From contig JBGAMO010000004.1 of the NCBI GenBank assembly GCA_044222845.1, positions 509 through 64,508 of the forward strand: a stretch of 64,000 nt of DNA, given 5' to 3'. The notes beneath the pieces are model-generated. The model was not told the DNA's origin and did not search any database. It was given only the letters and a program-made list of their open reading frames with translations. Below, in pieces: positions 27,334 to 33,263 of the stretch (the stretch's first letter is position 1; every line of letters starts with the position of its first letter). Source of the DNA: Phycisphaerales bacterium. Lineage in GTDB: Bacteria; Planctomycetota; Phycisphaerae; Phycisphaerales; UBA1924. The position numbers and the translations under genes were made by a program.

Positions 27334-27866
27334 AATTCGCCTTTGGAATCTCTGAATAACTGCGCAGCCGCGCCGAGTGAATGAGCGGATCCGGTGTGGG
27401 TCGGACGGCCGGGCATCGGGCAGGCGTGATCGTGGCGGTGCGAAGGAACGGATCGATGGGGGGTGCGGACGCGGCGTTGGCGGGGCTGGGCGGCCTGCGC
27501 TTGGCGGCATCGCTCACGCGGCTTTACGCGCTCGGACCCTGCGGCGACCTGGCCTTTGTCATGATGGCGGTGTTCAGTGGCGGCACCTGCACGGAGGTTC
27601 TGCGGGGTGTGTTGCCGCGGCTGTTGAGTGGGGTTGCTCGATGCGCTCCACCCGCGCGTGTGGCGGTGCGACGAGGCGCGGCGGCTTGTGGGCTTGCCGG
27701 CGCTGGTGGTGGAGATGGTGTGGCCCCGGTGCTTCATCCTTATCCGCCGCGATTGAACCGCCGCGCGGAGTGGGCGGCGGGGGTGGTGCTGGGTCAGCGT
27801 AGGGCGGGGGTGGGGTTCGTGAACGGGGCACGTGCCTCCCCAGGGCTAGGGGGGCATGCCACCCGG
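27334..27866 (-). repeat. module A: about 530-bp high-GC repeat carrying decayed RHS-core-end sequence
   Basis: Aligns along its whole length with 29860-30384, roughly 85-90% by eye, with 1-nt and about 5-nt indels. The right part (from ctggtggtggagatgg) is also shared with modules C, D and E. Confidence 0.75.
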
Positions 27867-27971
27867 CGTGGGCTGAACTGCTCCGCAGAACCGCGGACCA
27901 CCAGCATCGCAACGGCGCTTCCGATGCCAGCCGACGAAGAGGCGGCACCAACTCCGCATAGCGATGTCGTG

Positions 27972-28334
27972 CTAGCGATCTGTCTCTTGAACGGGACAAT
28001 ACACACTCCATTCCAGGCCCGGAAGCCGCTGGCCGACCAGAGAAACACAACGCACTCTGCGATCAAGTTTCTGATCACGCATCACGATCGTTGTTCGGCC
28101 AGAGGCAATTTCATCGCATGGCACCGAACACAAAACACTGCCGGTCTCATCGTAAAGCACGATGGTCACCTTGGTAAAGCGCCTGCCAGAGTTGACCGCA
28201 ACGATATCACCATTGACCACAGATAGATGCAGCGGACGGGTCGCGATCCACAGCACAGCGAACGACACCACCGCAAGAAGCAAAACTGCGATCAACACGT
28301 AGACGTAAACCATGTTTTTTCTGATTATCACCAT
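27972..28334 (-). CDS. small N-terminally anchored membrane protein, candidate immunity partner of the 28406-28783 tip
   Basis: 120-aa low-GC ORF. TM VYVYVLIAVLLLAVVSFAVLWIA. It lies 71 nt downstream of the RHS-tip ORF on the same strand. Confidence 0.5.
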   Translation of the reverse strand: MVIIRKNMVYVYVLIAVLLLAVVSFAVLWIATRPLHLSVVNGDIVAVNSGRRFTKVTIVLYDETGSVLCSVPCDEIASGRTTIVMRDQKLDRRVRCVSLVGQRLPGLEWSVYCPVQETDR

Positions 28335-28405
28335 TCAATTATGCGGCGAATAATGTCCAGCGGTGGCGGCACGCAAAACACCGCCATGCATGCAACCCAC
28401 GTTCC

Positions 28406-28783
28406 CTACCCCCGCATGAAACACATGCGGCTCACATTTCTGACGCAGTCATCATATGCAAAACACGCCAGTACGCAGCGCCCAGGCCCATGCGGACATT
28501 TAGTCAGAAAGAACCCAACTACATGATATGCAATACCGGAATGCCCCATAAAATCGCATTTGCATGTAGAGCCGAGTGACAGACCACTTTCATCGCTGTG
28601 CAAACCCGGAATAGAAGAGACGCATTCAAGCAAGTTCTTGCCATCCACATACCCCGCGGGATCCCTCCTCCCCCACCGATCCATCCCGGGAGGTAGCCTC
28701 GATGCCGCACACGATCTTGTCGGGTCGCGGGCGCCACTCGTGGCGAGCACGGTCCTTGCGGACACCCAAGCGGCTTCTGTCGA
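28406..28783 (-). pseudogene. orphan RHS C-terminal end plus 55-aa Cys-rich tip (degenerate)
   Basis: AASRLPPGMDRWGRRDPAGYVDGKNLLECVSSIPGLHSDESGL aligns with the canonical RHS core end ARYYDPxxGRWxxRDPIGYxDGxNLYxYVxxxPxxxxDPxGL. YY, LYEY and DPxGL are mutated. The sequence continues SLGSTCKCDFMGHSGIAYHVVGFFLTKCPHGPGRCVLACFAYDDCVRNVSRMCFMRG*. The frame is closed by TGA codons immediately upstream (about 28784 and 28840). Confidence 0.55.
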
Positions 28784-28807
28784 TCAATGCGTCGGCGTCC
28801 GCCCGCC

Positions 28808-29027
28808 GGTTCTGCGGGCTGTGCTGCCGCGGCTTCAGGGTGCGGTTGCTCGATGCGTTCGGCCCGCGCTTGTCGGGGTGCGACAAGGCGCGGCGGCGTG
28901 TGGGGTTGCCGGCGCTGGTGGTGGAGATGGTGTGGCCCCGGTCCTTCATCCTTATCCGGCGCGATTGAGCCGCCGCGCGGAGTGGGCGGCGGGGGTGGTG
29001 TTGGGTCAGCGTAGGGCGGAGGTGGGC
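28808..29027 (-). repeat. module C: partial copy of the high-GC module
   Basis: ggttctgcgggctgtgctgccgcgg...ctggtggtggagatggtgtggccccggtccttcatccttatccggcgcgattgagccgccgcgcggagtgggcggcgggggtggtgttgggtcagcgtagggcggaggtgg matches modules A and B. Confidence 0.65.
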
Positions 29028-29130
29028 AGGGGAGTTGTTGCGACTGGTGTGAGGCGGGTGGGGGCTGGAGGTTTGGAGTCGCTGATGCCGGGGGCGGCAG
29101 CCCCACTCCCGGCACCCCTCCGCTGTTGTG

Positions 29131-29200
29131 GGGCGGGGGCGGCTTTGTACGTTCGGCGTGGAGAATGTGCGGGGCGGCGACATGAGATGGAATGGATGCG
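29131..29200 (-). mobile_element. R1 (IS5-family 5'-end) fragment
   Basis: gggcgggggcggctttgtacgttcggcgtggagaatgtgcggggcggcgacatgagatgg parallels 33101-33175. The minus-strand translation IPSHVAAPHILHAERTKPP parallels IPVPSQVVALDDFDAERAIPP. Confidence 0.35.
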
Positions 29201-29245
29201 TGGATGCGACCCGGCGGTGGTACGGGGCCTTTGGATGCTATCCGC

Positions 29246-29848
29246 CTAACACCGATTGTTGCCACATTCAGGACACGTATCACTTCGATTACCTTCCAAC
29301 GAATATCCGCAATTAACACAGGCCGTGGCCCCGGTAAATAAATAGAAAATCCTGCGACACCGCTTTAGCAAGGTAAACCTCGCGATCGCCAGAATCGCCC
29401 ACTCAATCGTCCAAATGACCACCAGGGAAGCAGAGAATCGAAGGAAATCAATATTATGAGGAAGGAACCTCAAGCCGCCATCAACGGTCCTTTGCAACAC
29501 CTCACAGGATGAACCTTCTGCAACGGTGCTGTCCGAGAACAGCACAATCTGACATGAACGCCATCGAAACGGCCACCCGCTTGAGTAGGTAAACGCAGCA
29601 TGAAGTTCTGGAACATCAATCATCGAATCAACCGTGACATTATTATACATTGTCTCCAAACGACACTCATGCCAAAGCGTCAAACGACCAAGCCCGGTTG
29701 TGACGGTCCCGGGCGCCCCGATCAGCGAAAGCAGATCTTGACTTGAGATACCAATGGTCGGCGGTAAAATCGCGAGTTTTGTCGTTAGCAACACACCAAC
29801 TAGCGCCAATGCTAGATGAGTTATCGTCCGTTTAGACATACTGCACAC
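29246..29848 (-). CDS. ZR2: low-GC membrane protein with C-terminal zinc ribbon
   Basis: TM HLALALVGVLLTTKLAIL, motif SSGWPFRWRS, second TM FSASLVVIWTIEWAILAIARF, then CVNCGYSLEGNRSDTCPECG. Confidence 0.65.
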   Translation of the reverse strand: MCSMSKRTITHLALALVGVLLTTKLAILPPTIGISSQDLLSLIGAPGTVTTGLGRLTLWHECRLETMYNNVTVDSMIDVPELHAAFTYSSGWPFRWRSCQIVLFSDSTVAEGSSCEVLQRTVDGGLRFLPHNIDFLRFSASLVVIWTIEWAILAIARFTLLKRCRRIFYLFTGATACVNCGYSLEGNRSDTCPECGNNRC

Positions 29849-29859
29849 TCGCCAAACTC

Positions 29860-30384
29860 AATTGCGGGATTGGAATCTCTGAACAATTGCGCAGCCGCGG
29901 CGGGTAATTGGGCGCATCCGGTGTGGGCCGGACGGCAGGGCCTCGGGCAGGCGCGATCGTGGCGGTGCGGAAGAACGGATCGATGGGGGGGCGCGGCGTT
30001 GGCGGGGCTGGGCGGCCTGGGCTTGGCGGCGTTGCTCGCGCGGCTTGGCGCGATCGGACCATACGGAGACCTGGCCTTTGTCATGATGGCGGTGCTGAGT
30101 GGCGGCGCCTGCACGGAGGTTCTGCGGGGTGTGGTGCCGCGGGTGTTGAGTGGGGTTGCTCGATGCGTTCGGCTCGCGCGTTTGGGGGGCGACGGGGCGC
30201 GGCGGCTTGTGGGCTTGCCTGCTCTGGTGGTGGAGATGGTGTGGCCCCGGTCCTTCATCCTTATCCGCCGCGATTGAACCGCCGCGCGGAGTGGGCGGCG
30301 GGGGTGGTGCTGGGTCAGCGTAGGGCGGAGGTGGGGTGCGTGAACGGGGCACATGCCTTTCCAAAGCTGGAGGCTTGCCACACG
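29860..30384 (-). repeat. module B: about 525-bp high-GC repeat (see module A)
   Basis: See 27334-27866. Its decayed RHS-end frame (FFRTATIAPARGPAVRPTPDAPNYPPRLRNCSEIPIPQLS..V*) stops on tATGtcTAAa, overlapping the candidate ZR2 start. Confidence 0.75.
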
Positions 30385-30459
30385 CCGCTACGAAAAATCA
30401 ACCAAACTCTTCCAAGGCCTTCTCCACTTAGGATGCTCGATCATCTTGCTCAAACAGGT

Positions 30460-30969
30460 TTACGGATCGGCTCTAGGCAAATAATAAGGATCCATCCATT
30501 TCCATGGGGATATTTTTCCATTGGTTGTTGCTGAAGTGATTACTGATATGGCTTGTGTTTCGTCAACGGCCACACCTTGTTTCAGGCTCTGAGTATCAAT
30601 ATATCCAATTTTCCATATTGGACTACTTACGACTTTATATAGACCTGTCGAGGAGGAATTCGGTGCTACTACTTTTAGATCACAAAAACGTACGAGCACG
30701 AAGCGATTGTCAATCACCGCGACTTCCTTAATATCAATCCCCACAAACAGCTGCGAGAGTTGGATCGCAGATCGCGGGGGCTGAATTTGACAACCAAAAG
30801 GGTCAATCTTGATGATTTGGAAACCATTAGGCAGCTGGCGATTCCACTCAGTCGGGCGAGCACAGCTGCAAATGCAAGCCACGATCATGATGGCGACGCC
30901 GCGAACAATCGCCATTGTGTTACATCGAGTTATTTGTGTGCGCATCCTTGTTTGCATCATTTTATCCAT
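30460..30969 (-). CDS. low-GC putative lipoprotein
   Basis: 169-aa ORF with an internal signal/lipobox-like MAIVRGVAIMIVACICSC. I recognise no family. An AT-rich tract follows at 30970-31170. Confidence 0.45.
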   Translation of the reverse strand: MDKMMQTRMRTQITRCNTMAIVRGVAIMIVACICSCARPTEWNRQLPNGFQIIKIDPFGCQIQPPRSAIQLSQLFVGIDIKEVAVIDNRFVLVRFCDLKVVAPNSSSTGLYKVVSSPIWKIGYIDTQSLKQGVAVDETQAISVITSATTNGKISPWKWMDPYYLPRADP

Positions 30970-31113
30970 GTTTACTGCAGTCGAGTCATTGTAAAGTATA
31001 GTTTATCATAATGACTATTTGCGATGCAACCCGCTCCGATGTCATTTTATTTGTTTTGATTTTGAGTGTTCCGAGTTCACTTGAACAAGTCCCACGAGGC
31101 TTTGAGTTGGGCG

Positions 31114-31455
31114 CTATTCACTTGCTGAATAAACTGTGCAAATCTGGTTCATAAACTGGCAAGAATAAACCGCCGTTTCGTCCGCCGAGTCGCAGACGCC
31201 GTCTGTGTTCATGTCCCCCGCGGCGTACACCGTCGGCTCCCCGTACGGGCTGTACCGCACGTACTCGATCGGCAGCCCCGTGCTGCCCACTACCGCCGCC
31301 ACATCCGCCCGCCAGTTCGGAAGGAAGTACTGCCGCACCTCCAGCGCGCCGTCGCTCAAAGAGTCCCGCCCGCCCGTGTGGTCGTACGACGAACCCGGGT
31401 GGCCCGTGGGCCCGCCGAGACTGGTGCTGGAGATGGAACTGCCCCGGTCCTTCAT
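31114..31455 (-). pseudogene. RHS-core-end-like fragment D, truncated by a low-GC junction
   Basis: MKDRGSSISSTSLGGPTGHPGSSYDHTGGRDSLSDGALEVRQYFLPNWRADVAAVVGSTGLPIEYVRYSPYGEPTVYAAGDMNTDGVCDSADETA. Codon GC3 then collapses (VYSCQFMNQICTVYSASE*). The pattern Y..(H)..(D)..GS...l.d..G..ve.Y.Y.PYGE is that of the RHS-associated core. Confidence 0.55.
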
Positions 31456-31582
31456 CCTTGTCCGCCGCGATTGAGCCGCCGCGGGGTGGGCGGCGGGGAG
31501 TGGTGCTGGGTCAGCGTAGGGCGCGGGTGGGGTGCGTGAACGGGGCACATGCCTCCCCAAAGCTGGAGGCATGCCACCCGGC
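31171..31582 (-). repeat. module D (tandem with module E)
   Basis: About 90% identical by eye to 31723-32133. It ends with a perfect hairpin, catgcctcc-ccaaagct-ggaggcatg. Confidence 0.75.
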
Positions 31583-31584
31583 GA

Positions 31585-32007
31585 CTATCGCGGGAAACAG
31601 ATTAATACGGATTCACACTCAAACTCGCGCGAAGAAGAAGTAGGGCGTGTAGAAGGGGAAGGCCGACGGGGACCGTCGGGCCACCCACGGACGCCCGTGG
31701 TCGAGTTCTGCAGATCATCCCACGCCGTTTCGTCCGCCGAGTCGCAGACGCCGTCTGCGTTCATGTCCCCCGCGGCGTACACCGTCGGCTCCCCGTACGG
31801 GCTGTACCGCACGCACTCGATCGGCACCCCCTTGCTGTCGATCACCGCCACCACGTCCGCACGCCAGTTCTGCAGGAAGTACTGCCGCGTCTCCAGATCG
31901 CCGTCGCCCAAAGAGTTCCACCCGCCCGTGTGGTCGTACGACGAACCCGGGTGGCCCGTGGGCTCGCCGACACTGGTGCTGGAGATGGAACTGCCCCGGT
32001 CCTTCAT
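31585..32007 (-). pseudogene. RHS-core-end-like fragment E with EF-hand/dockerin-like continuation
   Basis: ...YDHTGGWNSLGDGDLETRQYFLQNWRADVVAVIDSKGVPIECVRYSPYGEPTVYAAGDMNADGVCDSADETAWDDLQNSTTG..., then a low-complexity tail running through the 31661-31686 palindrome. Confidence 0.55.
31661..31686. repeat. 25-nt palindromic element (copy 2)
   Basis: ggccgacggggaccgtcgggccaccc. See 17609-17634. Confidence 0.7.
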
Positions 32008-32180
32008 CCTTGTCCGCTGCGATTGAGCCGCCGCGGAGTGGGCGGCGGGGGGTGGTGCTGGGTCAGCGTAGGTCGGGGGTGGGGTGCGTGAACGGGGCAC
32101 ATGCCTCCCCAAAGCTGGAGGCATGCCACCCGGCGCAGTGCTCCCATGTCTCCCCGGGGCCGGAGGCATGCCACCCGCCG
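31723..32180 (-). repeat. module E plus an extra duplicated half-hairpin
   Basis: See module D. A second hairpin copy, atgtctcc-ccggggcc-ggaggcat, lies at about 32146-32176, directly after the ZR3 stop. Confidence 0.7.
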
Positions 32181-32186
32181 CAAAGC

Positions 32187-32798
32187 TCAACGATGATCTC
32201 GGCGGGTGGTTTGTCCGCATTCGGGGCAGACTCCGGTTTGGCTGCGCATCGGATAGCAGCACACTTCACAGAGATGACGGCGCCGTCGCAAGGCGATTCT
32301 GCCGAATCGAAAGCCGGTGATGGACACGAAGTACACGCCGACCCACACGACGACACACAGAAGCAATCGCGGCCACTCGATGTCTACGGGGAAGATCCGC
32401 ACCCTTGCGAAGTCCGACGGGTGGGTGACGACGCCACTCTTGGGAAGGCCGCTGCTGATGAACGCGCCGTCGCGGCTTCCCACGAGATGATATTTCAGGC
32501 ATCGAATTGGGAAACCAAATGTCCTCGTTATCTTAATGATCTCAGGTGGCGCCTTTACGCCATACCCGTGGTTCACATCCCAGTTTCGGTAGATGTCCTC
32601 GCTGCGGGTTCCGCTGGACGCGAACGAACCCACTTCCGTTTGTGTCGTCCACCTGCCGATGGTTGTTGCGGCACCCACGGGCTGGTCGCCATGCAGGTCA
32701 GCCCGAATGATAACTCCCACGATCAGTGCGACGGTGAGTGCGGACATCGGGACCAGATACGCGATGGTGACGAGCGTTCGTGTGATCGATGGTCGCAT
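32187..32798 (-). CDS. ZR3: low-GC membrane protein with C-terminal zinc ribbon
   Basis: Internal ATG 32798 gives MRPSITRTLVTIAYLVPMSALTVALIVGVII. Motif TFGFPIRCLK, second TM LLLCVVVWVGVYFVSITGF, then CEVCCYPMRSQTGVCPECG. Confidence 0.65.
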   Translation of the reverse strand: MRPSITRTLVTIAYLVPMSALTVALIVGVIIRADLHGDQPVGAATTIGRWTTQTEVGSFASSGTRSEDIYRNWDVNHGYGVKAPPEIIKITRTFGFPIRCLKYHLVGSRDGAFISSGLPKSGVVTHPSDFARVRIFPVDIEWPRLLLCVVVWVGVYFVSITGFRFGRIALRRRRHLCEVCCYPMRSQTGVCPECGQTTRRDHR

Positions 32799-33043
32799 GC
32801 TGGTTTGGCCTGTTATGCAAGGACCTTCTGCGCGATGATGCGGCCACGGCGGGCGCTTGATCGTACCTAGTTGGAGTTGGCTGATCAGCCTGTGCGAGGA
32901 CGAGATTGTGCAAAGGGGGATACGGCGAGTTGCGGGTTTGCGCTTTGGGGGGCGGCGACGGTGCTCCGAGGTCGCTGAGGAATGGAGTGAGGGAGCGCGA
33001 GAGGAGAAGCCCATGGACTGCGGTCCATGGGTTTTCGGGGTGA

Positions 33044-33262
33044 TGCGGTGTTGCTGCGTGCCATCCCGGACTTCGCTGCGCAGAGCCTGCGCTCAGTCCG
33101 GGCGTCGGGGGTTTGGTGCTTCGGGTGGTATTGCACGTTCGGCATCGAAGTCGTCCAGGGCGACGACTTGCGATGGCACGGGGATGGTGGTTGCGTGTTT
33201 CTCCCACACTTCCAACCACTTGTGCCGCGCTGTGCCTTCACTCGGGTTGGATTCGGTCGGCG
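33044..33262 (-). mobile_element. R1: longest solo IS5-family 5'-end fragment
   Basis: 33044-33110 match 2306-2385, the part contiguous with the transposase remnant. 33095-33200 match nt 1-108. One minus-strand frame reads ..HKWLEVWEKHATTIPVPSQVVALDDFDAERAIPPEAPNPRRPD*, compatible with a decayed L.D..WE.I.PLLP....GRP transposase N-terminus. Confidence 0.45.
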
Positions 33263-33263
33263 C

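Noticed and set aside
28519-29319. 266-aa and other 150-280-aa ORFs running through modules A-C (27225-27737, 27381-28226, 27574-28050, 28560-29249, 28626-29183, 29821-30381, 29858-30364, 29908-30534).
   Set aside because: None is conserved between module copies because 1-nt and about 5-nt indels switch frames. The compositions are Pro/Arg/His/Ala-rich. Only short islands resemble RHS core sequence.
32099-32176. Module-head hairpins as rho-independent terminators of the upstream ZR genes.
   Set aside because: The stems are perfect in modules D and E but are not followed by a U-tract on the transcribed (minus) strand. The stems are mutated without compensation in modules A and B. I keep this as a structural observation only.
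27334-32180. Possibility that the repeated modules form a CRISPR array or integron attC sites.
   Set aside because: The repeat units are 220-530 bp rather than 25-40 bp (CRISPR) or about 60-140 bp (attC). The spacing is irregular, the intervening segments are whole genes, and no cas or intI gene is present.
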